The position numbers and the translations under genes were made by a program. A stretch of 64,000 nucleotides of DNA from Octopus bimaculoides. Taxonomy: Eukaryota. The notes under the pieces were generated by a model, which made no database searches, had not been told where the DNA came from, and saw only the letters and a list, made by a program, of their open reading frames with translations. Shown piece by piece: positions 12,909-25,095 of the stretch. The DNA lies in contig NC_068982.1 of assembly GCF_001194135.2 (NCBI RefSeq), positions 99,885,858 to 99,949,857 on the forward strand, written 5' to 3'. The number at the start of each line of letters is the position of its first letter. The first letter of the stretch is position 1.

Positions 12909-13097
12909 TATATACAACATGCTTCTTTCAGTTTCCCTCTACCAAATTCACTTACAAGAACCAAGGCAGCTATAGTAGACGACATGCTGGGATAGGCTGG
13001 ATGATTTGACAGGATCCAAAGAGCCAGAGAATTGCTTTGAGCTCCAGTGTCTGCTTTGGCATGGTTTCTACAGCTGGATACATGTATGTAAGCATGT

Positions 13098-13452
13098 GTG
13101 GAGTGGCTGTGTGGTAAGTAGCTTGCTTACCAGCCACATGGTTCTGGGTTCAGTCACACTGCATGGCACCTTGGGCAAGTGTCTTCTACTATAGCCTCGG
13201 GCTGACCAAAGCCTTGTGAGTGGATTTGGTAGATGGAAACTGAAAGAAGCCTGTTGTGTATGTGTGTTTGTCCCCCACCAACATCACTTGACATGCGATG
13301 CTGGTGTGTTTACGTTCCCATAACTTAGCAGTTCGGCAAAAAGAGACCAATAGAATAAATACTAGGTTTACAAAGAATAAGTCCTGGGGTCGATTTGCTC
13401 GACTAAAAGGTGGTGCTCCAGCATGGCCACAGTCAAATGACTGAAACAAAAG
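13098..13452 (+). mobile_element. SINE family B, full length
   Basis: Head tggctgtgtggtaag...gggttcagtc, CORE-like ggcaccttgggcaagtgtcttctactatagcc, and the conserved 3' end. Confidence 0.85.
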
Positions 13453-13661
13453 AATATATGTATATATATATACTTCTAATAAAAGGATAATTCTTTTTAT
13501 TATTTAATCAGTGGCCAGCATATTAAAATACCTTTTAAGGTGAAAATTATAAACAATTATAAATAAGGGCAAAAGAAAATATTTCTGTGCCAATATGCTG
13601 AAAAAATAGACTTTATATCATCTAACCACATACAATAATTGTATATACATATATATACATA

Positions 13662-14517
13662 CAGGGTGGGTAGAAAGTCACTAAGCATTAGAAATTGCTG
13701 ATAGAATTTTTAGTTTCATTGAAGTCGTGATGAAAACACTTTTTTTAACAGACAACACTAATTGTTTTATTTCTTATTTTCCAGATGGCCAGTTGCTTGA
13801 CTGTTCAGGAGCAAGCTAAGATAGCAGTACACTATGAAGTGTGAAATTCCATTGTTTTGGTTCAGAAATGATGGCATACATGGAAAGGCAAGCATGCAAC
13901 ACTGCATCCGGAGACAATAAAAAGTTGTCACGCAAAGCTGACAACCATGGGCTCTGTGAATGATGCAAGAAGTAGCAGCTGTCCAACCACATCCCAATCA
14001 GCGGAGAATGTGGTAACAGTGCAGGAAATGTTTAATTGCAGCCTGCAAAAATCAACACGTCAAGCAGCTTGTGAAAGTGGACTAACAAGACACAAGGTAT
14101 GTATGTTGTTACCTAAAGAATTGAATTTTCATTCTTGGAAACCCCATTATATGCAGGAACGAAAACCTGAAGACTGTGACCACAAAAGTCCAGAACTCTA
14201 AGAAGTCCAGATCTCACTCCATGTAATTTTTACCTGTGGAGGTGTACAAGACAAAACCTCACACACTGGAGGACTTAGAGATATGGATTCAGACAGGTTC
14301 TCAATGATATCCCTGACGGCATCCTTCAGAAGGTTGTTCATTCCATCCCTAGCCATTTGAGGAAACTGGTTGACACCACCAGTGCTTATGTTGAAATACG
14401 AAGATTTACTTCCATTTGTCCATGTAATAAAGAACATGTGTCATTTGTTTCAATAAATTTTTTAAAGGAATATGGATTTTATTACCAATTTTTAATGCCT
14501 ACTTTTCACCCATCTTG
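13662..14517 (+). mobile_element. Tc1/mariner-superfamily element, internally deleted, DUF4817-type HTH transposase pseudogene
   Basis: TA on both sides and degenerate TIRs (cagggtgggtagaaagt / acttttcacccatcttg). Translation MASCLTVQEQAKIAV...QKSTRQAACESGLTRHKV...KPHY and a PDLTPCNFYLW motif (SPDLxPxDFFLWG type), with stops. Confidence 0.75.
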
Positions 14518-14940
14518 TAGATAAATGTATAGACAGACAGATAGATAGATGACCAATCTCATTTAATTACTTGTATAGTCAATCAAACTGTACTGAGAGA
14601 TGTCAGACCAAATGACTTGCATAGCTATATTATCATCAACTGTCCCAAGGGCAAAGAAGATGCTCTTGAAAAAAGCAAAAAAAAACAAAAAAAACTACAG
14701 AAGTAACAAATTGTTGAACCAAGTTATGATTGTAACATTAATCTTAGTACTGTATGGATTCACACTCAACCACAAAATATTCAGTCTGGGAACCCAAGTG
14801 AACAACTTGTGTTCCCAGACTGAATATGAGTGATCTATAGATCAACCAATCAGCGTGAAGCTCTGGTGTGATATGGCTTCTCGGACGGGCTGAAATTCGC
14901 CTCCTCTTTATCCTACTTAAACAGTTTGGTGCCTAACTCA

Positions 14941-15027
14941 CAGGCAGACCACCTTGGGCACTTGAAAGGACCACCATGGCATTCAGGCAGACCACCTCAG
15001 GCACTCAAGCAGACCACCTTGGGCACT
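14941..15027. repeat. 21-22 bp minisatellite x4 in an unclassified GC-richer element (~14830-15520)
   Basis: The unit caggcagaccaccttgggcact is repeated four times; a fifth copy lies at ~15225-15247. Confidence 0.8.
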
Positions 15028-15659
15028 CGGTAGGTAGCCAATTCGTCAACAGATGACTTACAGACAGGACAATTGTGTGGTATGGTGCAAAGTCTTGTTG
15101 CCAGACATAGGGTCTTCCAGCAGCTACCCTCTTGACTCAGGGCAGCACAACCTCCTCCAGGCACTTGATTTAGGCCTCTGTGTTGAGTCTGAGGCTATGT
15201 CTGTCAACGAATTGTCTGCATATGGGGCACTCAGGCAGACCACCTCAAGCAAGAAACAACTTCATACACTCACACACAGTATACCACAGCTAGCCTTCCA
15301 GAAGACACAGTGGAGTTCTCTCCTCTCAGCTGGTGGTTATTGTATCTGCATCTTTCTTTTCTAGGTAGCCAACACAAATCATGTCCATAAATAAATATTT
15401 TAAAAGTTCATGAATTTTCTTCCTTTATTATGCACACAGCCAGCCAGATTACACGATAGTGGTCTTCAACAATTCAATACACACCAACAAGCAACCACCC
15501 ACATGACAGTAAAATGATCAATCAACCACATGACAGTAAAATTGATTAAGAAGAGGATCCATTTAGTTGAGATGCAATTTAGAATTTTCTCAATTCAGTG
15601 TACTACTGGAGCTCTCTTTATTGTGAAACAGCAATGGAGAAGTTTCAAGCCAAAAGTAA

Positions 15660-16870
15660 TTCTCTCTATCTTGCATTTGTTGAAATGGAGAAAGCTTTGA
15701 GAAGGTACACTGATCTATAGGCTAGTTGTCTCTTAGAAAACTAGGAGTTCATGAATGATTGTGGACATGGCAGTGCAAGCCACATACAAAGATCCAGTTA
15801 GCAAAATGAGGATTGGTAATGAATTCAGTGAGGAATTGGGAGTGCATGTAGGTGAACACCAAGCACATTTTTCAACCCCTTCCTATTTATTATTGTTCTC
15901 TAGGTCAAAACAGGAATTTTCAGATTGGCTGCCCATGGGGACTCTTCTATGATAATGACTAAGCTCTAATAGGGAAGACTGGAAGCTTTAGAGAAATAAT
16001 CCCAGACATAGACACAAAACCTAGAACGAAAAGGCTCCAGAGTACACTTAGCAAAGACTAAGGTTTTAGTAAACAGGGAAGAAGGCAGGACTCTGATACC
16101 ATCAAAGAAATGGCCATGCTCAATATTCAGAAAAGTAGTGGGTAAAAGTTACTGATGGTGTATCCAATGTGATCTGACGAACAAGAAGTGTTGTGGAATC
16201 AAGACAGGCTAATAGTAAATATAAACTTTACCTATGATAAGTATATAGGAGTAGTTAGCCCTCAAAGCACCAGTTAATAAATTCCTTGCAATGCTCAGAA
16301 GTAAATGATAGCTACTGTTATCTAGGCAACCTAAACAACCAGCAGTGAGGCAGGAGTGGTAAGCATAGTAGCCAGAATTAGAATAAGGTGGGAAAAGAGA
16401 AGTTATTTCCTTTGCTGATAACAAAGTGATTCTGTGTCTGAGCAAAGGATAAGTTATACAATGCATGAATATGAACAGCAATGCTATATGGTATTGAGAC
16501 TTGGACATTGGATGCAAGCATATACATCTGTTAGAAATGAATCAAGCATGATCCGTTGAATGAGTAATTTTAGTGTGCATGAGCAAGGCACAAATGTACT
16601 GAAAGGGAAACTGGATTATGAATGGAATAAATTGTAATTTACAAGAATGACAGCGATACTGATATGGACATGTGTGTAGATTATGACAAATGACTGAAGA
16701 AGTGCCAGGAGATTCATGCAGAAGAAAGCACTGGAAGAGGAAGACTAAGGAAATGTTAAGAGCTGAACCTCACAAAGGAACACAACGAACAGTAGGATGC
16801 TGTGTTGGAGAGGATCCTTCCAATTCATGCAAGCAAAGAAAAGTAGATGTAAAAATGATAATGATGATAG
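15660..16870 (+). mobile_element. RTE-clade LINE, decayed RT domain to 3' tail
   Basis: Remnants of VRIGNEFSEE..VHVGxHQ...PxLFIIV, a YxDD-region tatgataatgactaagctctaatag, GxRVxLAKTKVL and a 3' (GAT)n tail; many stops and frameshifts. Confidence 0.8.
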
Positions 16871-19149
16871 TATAACTCTTTGATATGTTCTTATGCTGAC
16901 TCCCTGAATTGATAATCAAAATTCTAGCCCTTGTCCTTTATTCATTAAATGTAAAAGTACCCAGTATGTTCTTTACTGTACTTTAAAATTTATTGAGAGC
17001 TGGAACATTTTTCCTTAACACAAAATCCTCCTCTTTGCTCTGAGTTTATATTGTCATTTCATTAATACTAGATTTGATTTTCTGGGTGAAGATTAGTAGG
17101 ATTGATATCTAATAGATACACTTCTCTAATATTTGAGTTAACAAGAGAATCACAACCTGCTGGAAATAACTGCCAAATCTTCCTCATTACACCTTGACGT
17201 TTTCAAAAAAGAAAATGTGGGTAATATTACATTACATGATGTCATGACATAATACCACATTCACTAATCCTGAAAAAATGATGGGATGATCATGAATGGA
17301 ATGTCTCTGCTCAGTCAGGATTGTGCAGGAGATAAACAACCAGCCAGTAAATGTCTGGTTATAGAAAATCAAGAAATTAGTTTTATTGCATGAGTGTCTC
17401 AACATAAATATTTATCTTTATGATTGATTGTTGAACAAAATACTTCATAGTTTTTAGCTGTGGCCTTTCATGTTTTCAGCTTAAATCCTATTGAGGTCAA
17501 CTTCGTCTTTAATTGTTCCATAGTCTATAAAATAAAGTACTAGCCAAATGAATACTGAAGCAATTTATATTCCTAAAATGCATCCTAATTATGAATGGAA
17601 TTATAAAAGACAAATAGCATCCAACTATTTGTCATCGGTATTAATAGTTTCTGTCAGCTTTCCAATTACTAAAAGAAGTTGAACAGATTGACTATACAGC
17701 TTCCACAGCTAACTATAATCAAGTCCTGATTATTTTTCATTCATCTTTAATTTTGATCACTGTCGTTATTTTACTCAAAAAATTTCAATACTTTTTTCAA
17801 CTTTGTACTCAGCTACCAAGGGTCTCATTTTTTTTTATTTTATAAAAACTTAGTAGGCTTCATCCATTCCAGATTAGCTTTTAAATTAGATTCTTCTCTT
17901 TTTATGACTTTCTCAATGGCATTAATAATATAAATGTTCACATTAACTTCAGCTATAAATTTGAAACTTGGTTACACCCAATTCATTGACCAATTAGCTA
18001 TTGCTCTACTGCCAAGTTAGTTGCTAAATATTTATAAACTTCCATATTCTAAGTTAAAAACATTTTTTTAAAAATTCTAAATCGTGTGCCCCAAATTCAG
18101 GTCTTAATTTACCCAAGCTTTAAAGCTTCTCCTTTTCTTCAAACATCTGTCCTGAATCACGCAGACATGTTCCATTATAAAAAAAATGTTAGGCTTCTGT
18201 TCTCATCACAACTTGAAGTAATTATTAAAAGCCATATAGTGTCTAATGTAATTTATTTAAAAATCAAGCTGCTAATTAACAATTGTTGGTATTCTTTGTG
18301 CTAATTTTTGTCATAAACTCCAAATCTAAATGGAGTACATTTATATGTTTGACAGTTATTGAATGTCCTATCTGTTGGGGTTGAGTAGCAAACAATTTAT
18401 TTTGGAAACAAGTGAGATAATTGTGAAGGTAGAAACATTAGTTTATTGCAGTAAAATGTTCACAGTGCTTCATGTGACAAAAAAGTGGTAAGCACATTGC
18501 AGCATAATCAGTGATTACCCAGTAAGTGATAGACATACATGGTTTGAGTCCCTGCAGTGGACCTGTTGTTATTTTTCTCTCCCAAATTAGTGTGTATGTC
18601 TTTTACTATAGCCTGAAGCTGACTGAGTAATACCATGTGATTGAAATTAACAGACAGGAACTGTATGAAAGGCCCTTGTGTGTACATGTATGTGTATGTG
18701 GGTGCAAGAGAGTGAGAGAGAGTGTGTATATGTGCATGTGTAGGTTGTGTGTATATATGTGTGTATGTGTGTATGAGTTTAATCTTCATATGTCCTCACA
18801 TAGACATCATTTGTGTGATAGTAATGGTGACTTGATAAATGTATCAGCCAAATCTCCAGCAAATGCTTAAACGTCTTTAAAATGAAACCTCATTCCAGGT
18901 TCTGATTCCTAAAACAGTATATCCACAATATTTATAAGCTCATCCCCTCCTAGAATGTTGATCATATCGTGAAGTCTCCTGCAAAGTAAACAACCAAAGA
19001 TCTTATATCTACATAGATTGAAGATTGAAGATATCAATTACTTTTACACATACTGTTAGTTGCTTCTGTGCTATATGTCTTCAACATAGTTGACCAGAGA
19101 TATGCTGAACAAAACCATTTCCTTATTAAAAATACTCACCCTTACAGTA

Positions 19150-19400
19150 ATCTCTGCTTCCTCTAATGATACTACAATATAATTTCCCCTTCAAATTTGT
19201 TGACTTTGTTGCACTTCTCATCAATCCTACCTTTGGCACCCTCATCACCCTCGATACTCCGCTTTTTGTTTCAACTCAACACTGTACATAAAATACAATA
19301 CCTCATTATAACCTATGTCTGTTCCTGCAACACTTGTTCCTACAGATTTTTCAAGTTCTGTGTAAATTGTACCAAACTCACTTGACTATAGCTGATCTGA
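19150..19400 (-). mobile_element. Very old RTE-like LINE fragment
   Basis: The minus frame SGVSRVMRVPK...LKGKLYCSIIR resembles the RTE post-RT segment SGVxCDxRVPxKLKGKxYxxxIR. Confidence 0.4.
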
Positions 19401-19989
19401 AAGGACACAACAATACAAAAACGCAACAACTATAGACACACTCCCAATTCTATGTTTTAATTGATGTACTAAAAAAAAAAACTTTCAACTAGAACTATAA
19501 ATGCATGAGAAGAAAAAAAATGGTTAAAATGAAAAATAGTAAATTAAATTTTCCTCATTTGCTTTCAAACAAAAGCTTTTTGATAAAACCAATTGCATAT
19601 TACTATCCTGCTTTTATATGTCTCAGTAAATTTCTAATTAATGTTTTAAAAATCAATTAGTTAACCCTTTCATTACCATATTTCTGTTGAGATACACTGT
19701 TTTTGTTTCAATTAATTTTGAAAATAATGAAGTATTTAGGAAAGTATATTTGTCATTATATATCTGATGTTTGGAACAAAGATTAACATGAAATCTTAAT
19801 GGTAGATTTTAATTTAGATCACTTTAAAACCAGAAGTTGGTATCATGGAACCAAGGATGATCTCAAGCAAGTTTCCTCATTTTAAGGTTGATTTTTAAAA
19901 AATATATATATGTATTATAAATTAGTCTGTGGAGAAAGGGAAATGCCTGAACACTTTTTGCAAGATCTCTCAAATTGATTAGATTGATG

Positions 19990-20230
19990 TGGTTGACATT
20001 CAGTTTACACAACTGTACTGCATTGTTGTCTGTAAGAGAAACATAGAGGAAGGGAATTCCATAGAGTTACAATTCTGGTAAAGGAGAGAGGTTCAGGAAA
20101 ACGATTTCATACAGTTATTAGAAGAGATGGGAGAAAGGATGGAGACTGTATGCAAACAAATAGTTCAGAGGCTGTTGTAGTAGCAACATTTAATTAGCAA
20201 TGTAAACCCACCCATTCACAACAGTATAGT
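19990..20230 (-). mobile_element. CR1-like LINE 3' end fragment
   Basis: The minus strand reads FTRIVTLWNSLP, the typical C-terminal motif of CR1-group ORF2. Confidence 0.55.
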
Positions 20231-20319
20231 ATATCTAGAGTGTGCTGTAACTTCATTATTCTGAAGAATATTTAATTAGATATAAATTGAGATTATAGTT
20301 GACTTATTTTCAGGATCTT

Positions 20320-20560
20320 CCTTCTGCATCATCACCATTTTATTGACCATTTTTTCATGTCAGCATGAGTTAGATGGATATGCCACTTCTCTTTATCCTG
20401 TGTCATTTGTGAAGCCCAACACTTTCAGATCTGATCTCTCTACATATTTCCATAGTGACCTTCTGTGTAAGGTACTCATATCATCCACTATTGGCATATA
20501 ACATTTGCATCCATAGTCCATATAATTGCATTCATAGTCTATTCACATTCCATCTCCATT
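20320..20560 (-). mobile_element. RTE LINE 3' end fragment
   Basis: The minus strand reads WKYVERSDLKVLGFT/MTQDKEKW (RTE C-terminus), followed by the catgctgacatgaaaaaatgg...gatgatg tail. Confidence 0.7.
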
Positions 20561-20969
20561 CTGATAAGCACATTTTTTTTTAAGCACACTTTTTTAACCT
20601 TGAGAAAAGAAAACCGTTGGAAAACAGTTTATAGCAGAGACTCCAGCAAAGAAGATCTGAAGAAGAAATTGTAATTCCGAAATATCATCGGAATATAGAT
20701 AACCAAATTACAACAGGTATATAGTCCATTGTTTGTTCTATAGTGCATTGTCGTACTATTCTAAACTTTTTATTTGATAATTTTATTATGGTCCTAAATG
20801 AATTAGAATCACTGACAATGTGTTGCTAATCCACAGATTTCCAAATGGCACCAGTACCAAAGTAAATTCATTGCATTTTATTTAGATGGGTTTCTTATTT
20901 CAATCATCACTCAACTTTGTCTTTGAGTCTTCTGGGATTTATTGAATAAAGTATCAAACAAATATTGGT

Positions 20970-21170
20970 TTCAAATTTTGGCACAAAGCCAGCAATTTTG
21001 GGAGAGGGACCATGTTGGCTCGATTGACCCCAGTGCTCAACTGGTACTTATTTCATTGACCCCGAAAGGATGAAAGACTAAGTTGACCCTGGTAGATTTG
21101 AACTCAAAATGTAAGAATGGATGAAATGCCACTAAGCATTTTGCCCAGCATGCTCACTGCTTTACAGTAT
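20970..21170 (-). mobile_element. SINE family A copy
   Basis: Reverse complement of the family A head, central domain and tail. Confidence 0.8.
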
Positions 21171-22693
21171 CAATTAAAAATTAGTGTCAATATAATTGGC
21201 TGTTCCTTCTCCTCCTCAGATTTGTGCTCCTATACCTAAGTTAGATATCATTATTTTAATTCATTTAAATATTCCATGTATGCAAAAATGCAAAACACTA
21301 AAATCTAACCTCCATGTTGAAAATATTTATTATTAACATCGTTATTGAAACTATTATTATTTATCTAGGAACAGTTAATGTGTTAGTGTCATGAAGGGAC
21401 AATATGAATGAGAAGAGTTTGTTATGACTCCCAAATCACTTTCAGAAGAGAGACATGAGTAGCAGAGGATTACAAAAGGGATTGTGTAGCTACAAAACAC
21501 TCAACTACTTGTGACTCTGCTGCTCTGCTCTCGTATCACTTGAATTTTAATTTCTGCTGTACAGGTTAATAAGTTGGGATGGGGTTGGGTTCTGTGTCAC
21601 AATCAAAGTCACAGTCAATTCTTGTAGTAGGATATGAACTTATAAGTTGATAGTTTGAAATCTTACTTACAAAGCCATTGTGTTTATTTAAATCACTTTT
21701 CATTGAGTGCTGTTACGTGGTGCGTTTATACAGTTTTATAAACTTACCTAATGTTGATATTTGTTTGAAATGTCCTTCTGTATCTCCTTTCATTGACTCA
21801 AAACTTCAGATCAAGGAATGTCATATGAGAACTGCACTTCACTTACCTTTATGTACATTCTGATTGAAAATGAGATTAAAAAAAAAACACACTAAATGTA
21901 TTATATTGAAAAAAAAAACTGACAGGAGACCAAATTAATGGTGTTTGATTTATTTTAAAACTGCACATGCAACAGAAGACTGATTTCATTGGTCATCAAC
22001 TAGAAACCTTTTACATAGAGTGTTTACAGTGATATAACAAACTTTTATCCTTTGTGTACACAATACTTGAATGAAGTAGGTCAGTTCAGTGAAAAATAAC
22101 TAACATATTGAAGAATACTTTAGAATTATAAAAAAAAAAAGGACAAGAAATTTAGGACACCTTTCCTAATACAACAGGACATTACTAACAAGCTGAATCA
22201 TAACTTGTAAGTTACTCAACTATAAAAACAATTCATATTCTGAATCCAAACCCTACCAAGATCACTCCCTTTACTTTCCCTTTATCTGTGGTGAATAAAA
22301 TACTCATCAAGTCCTGGGAGTTGATTCAAAACTCATATCAAGCATCCTAAAATATGAATGGAATTAAAATAGAAGCTTGATCCAATCCACCATTAGATTT
22401 CCATATTGTCATTGTTGCTCATAGAACTAAATATCTAACGTTTATTTGCTTTGCAACCTTCACAAACATCCATATACTATATTTTTCATGACTACAACTT
22501 TATGTTGATGGAAATATTCATCATTCAGTAGCCTCTTCATACAACAATAAATATACTCTCTCACTTTTGACTTGTGTGACATGTGACCATCCACAGTTAC
22601 ACCCAACTAGTTATGGCCATGCATAAAATAAATTCAAATATTCTTTTACACTGCATAGAAATTTTCTATCCACAATACAAAAGTTAGTACCTT

Positions 22694-23985
22694 TGTAAGG
22701 GACGACCGTGCGAACTCAAAAAGGAGAAATGGTGACGAATGGTAAAACAGAGGACTCCTTTTATTTAAACGCGTCACACGGTCGAACACACAGTAATATA
22801 TATCGAAGATGATATACTAATATGTTATGCGACGATAACATAGATGACCAGCAATGAAAGACCACAACCGTATTAGATGAATAACAGAGATATTTATTGT
22901 AGCGTTAAAGATGTATGTCTGTGTGAGAGTGTGAATGCGACATAAAAGAACATAATCAAAGACAGGCCGTCATACAAAGAAAAGTGTGTATGTGAGTGAT
23001 ACATGTGTGAGTTATTACAGCAGATGGAAAGAGAGTCAATATNNNNNNNNNNNNNNNNNNNNNNNNNNNNNNNNNNNNNNNNNNNNNNNNNNNNNNNNNN
23101 NNNNNNNNNNNNNNNNNNNNNNNNNNNNNNNNNNNNNNNNNNNNNNNNNNNNNNNNNNNNNNNNNNNNNNNNNNNNNNNNNNNNNNNNNNNNNNNNNNNN
23201 NNNNNNNNNNNNNNNNNNNNNNNNNNNNNNNNNNNNNNNNNNNNNNNNNNNNNNNNNNNNNNNNNNNNNNNNNNNNNNNNNNNNNNNNNNNNNNNNNNNN
23301 NNNNNNNNNNNNNNNNNNNNNNNNNNNNNNNNNNNNNNNNNNNNNNNNNNNNNNNNNNNNNNNNNNNNNNNNNNNNNNNNNNNNNNNNNNNNNNNNNNNN
23401 NNNNNNNNNNNNNNNNNNNNNNNNNNNNNNNNNNNNNNNNNNNNNNNNNNNNNNNNNNNNNNNNNNNNNNNNNNNNNNNNNNNNNNNNNNNNNNNNNNNN
23501 NNNNNNNNNNNNNNNNNNNNNNNNNNNNNNNNNNNNNNNNNNNNNNNNNNNNNNNNNNNNNNNNNNNNNNNNNNNNNNNNNNNNNNNNNNNNNNNNNNNN
23601 NNNNNNNNNNNNNNNNNNNNNNNNNNNNNNNNNNNNNNNNNNNNNNNNNNNNNNNNNNNNNNNNNNNNNNNNNNNNNNNNNNNNNNNNNNNNNNNNNNNN
23701 NNNNNNNNNNNNNNNNNNNNNNNNNNNNNNNNNNNNNNNNNNNNNNNNNNNNNNNNNNNNNNNNNNNNNNNNNNNNNNNNNNNNNNNNNNNNNNNNNNNN
23801 NNNNNNNNNNNNNNNNNNNNNNNNNNNNNNNNNNNNNNNNNNNNNNGAAGTTGCCGATTCGAATAATAATCAGTCACGTGATGACAAGGAATGGGTTCTC
23901 TACTACGCTCGCATTTATTTATATTTAAATGAGAAGAATGGCGATAGCAGTTTTGTATCTAATGGCTGTAGGTAGTTTCACTACA
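22694..23985 (-). mobile_element. LTR (solo or collapsed) of a probable Ty3/Gypsy retrotransposon, spanning an N gap
   Basis: Ends TGTA...TACA, with a 4-bp direct repeat CCTT at 22690-22693 and 23986-23989. It is CpG-rich relative to its flanks, and AATAAA lies on the minus strand near 22895. N gap 23043-23846. Confidence 0.75.
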
Positions 23986-24129
23986 CCTTCCAGCATCAGC
24001 ATCCCATTTTCTCTGAGTGTTAGCAATACTTTTGCAGTCATATCACAAGTAGCTCATTAAGCTTCTACACATTTATCACCCCTAACATGTATGAAAGGTG
24101 AATTAGTCCATTTTCTAATAATCCTTTCT

Positions 24130-24335
24130 ATTATAGGCACAAGGCCTGAAATTTTGGGGAAAGGGATAAGTCGGTTACATCGACCCCAGTGCTCAAGTGG
24201 TATTTATTTTATCGACCCTGAAAGGATGAAAGGTAAAGTCAACCCTGGCAGAATTTGAACTCAGAACATAAAGACAGATGAAATGCTGCTTAGCATTTTG
24301 CCCAGCATGCTACTGATTCTGCCAGCTTGCCACCT
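24130..24335 (-). mobile_element. SINE family A copy
   Basis: ataggcacaaggcctgaaattttggg...ctgccagcttgccacc is the reverse complement of family A. Confidence 0.85.
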
Positions 24336-24809
24336 TAATCCATTTTATAATAATGCAGTGGTAAACAGAGTAAATAGCATGACTTGGAAGATTAAATGAA
24401 AGAAGTAGCAAAAAAATGGGAAAATAGAAATGCTATCCCACATGCTATAAGCCAAAAAGGGTTTGGCCACCATGTAACTTATAAAAAGCAGAAGTGACAG
24501 GAACCTAGCAATGATATAAAATTACCTCCACCGACTAAAGAGGGAATCAAACCGACTTGGGAATCAAGTTAAAACCACATTAACTTATGCTAAATAGCCA
24601 GAACAGAACTAGATCATAAGTTGGAAACCTCAACTTTATTTCTCTTCATACCAGCCATTCTTCTGAGATATAAATTAACATATGTTCAAGTTAAACTTCT
24701 GATGAGCTTTACTCATGAAACTTCAGGAATATTCCTAACCACTGTATCGAAGCAAGTCTGTCTTACACACAATTCAGTGTATTTGGCTATACATATATAT
24801 GTCGATGCC

Positions 24810-25095
24810 AGTGCTCCCAATTGGCTTCTGTGCCAGTGGCACATAAAAAGCACAATCTGAATGTGATCGATGCCAAGGCCACCTAACTGGATCCTGTGCC
24901 GGTGGCACATAAAAAGCACCCACTACACTCTCAGAGTGGTTGGCATTAGGAAGGGCGTCCAGCTGTAGAAACATTGCCAGATCAGATTGGAGCCTGGTGC
25001 AGCTGCTGGCGTTCCAGACCTAAGTCAAACCGTCCAACCCATGCCAGCATGGAAAACAGACGTTAAACAACGACGAGGATGATGATGATGATGAA
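24810..25095 (+). mobile_element. RTE 3' UTR copy with ~61-bp internal duplication
   Basis: ctgtgccagtggcacataaaaagcac occurs twice, then tggcattaggaagggcgtccagctgtagaa...catgccagcatggaaa and a (GAT)n tail. Confidence 0.8.

Noticed and set aside
14941-15027. CRISPR-like array
   Set aside because: The units abut directly with no unique spacers, and the context is eukaryotic.
18374-18488. Two CxxC peptides (ECPICW, KCSQCF) after AG acceptors
   Set aside because: Both frames hit TGA within three codons, and no RING or SECIS context was seen.
19141-19400. Minus-strand exon-like segment ending at G|GTGAGT
   Set aside because: An in-frame stop follows the only plausible acceptor, and the peptide is better explained as an old RTE fragment.
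20036-20076. AG/GT-bounded mini-exon candidate
   Set aside because: It is the antisense of a CR1-like TLWNSLP 3' motif.
20314-20471. Apparent plus-strand exon with AG/GT ends and a signal-peptide-like frame (SSFCIITILLTIFSC...)
   Set aside because: It is the antisense of a decayed RTE 3' end (SDLKVLG...QDKEKW plus tail).
20635-20890. Two possible small plus-strand exons (QRLQQRRSEEEIVIPK..., ISKWHQYQSKFIAFYLDG)
   Set aside because: The phases are incompatible, no homology was recognised, and the upstream partner exon was a TE artefact.
22894-23975. Long ORFs of 287-329 aa (also 34884-35766, 40810-41442, 43201-43492)
   Set aside because: They are open only because they run through N gaps.
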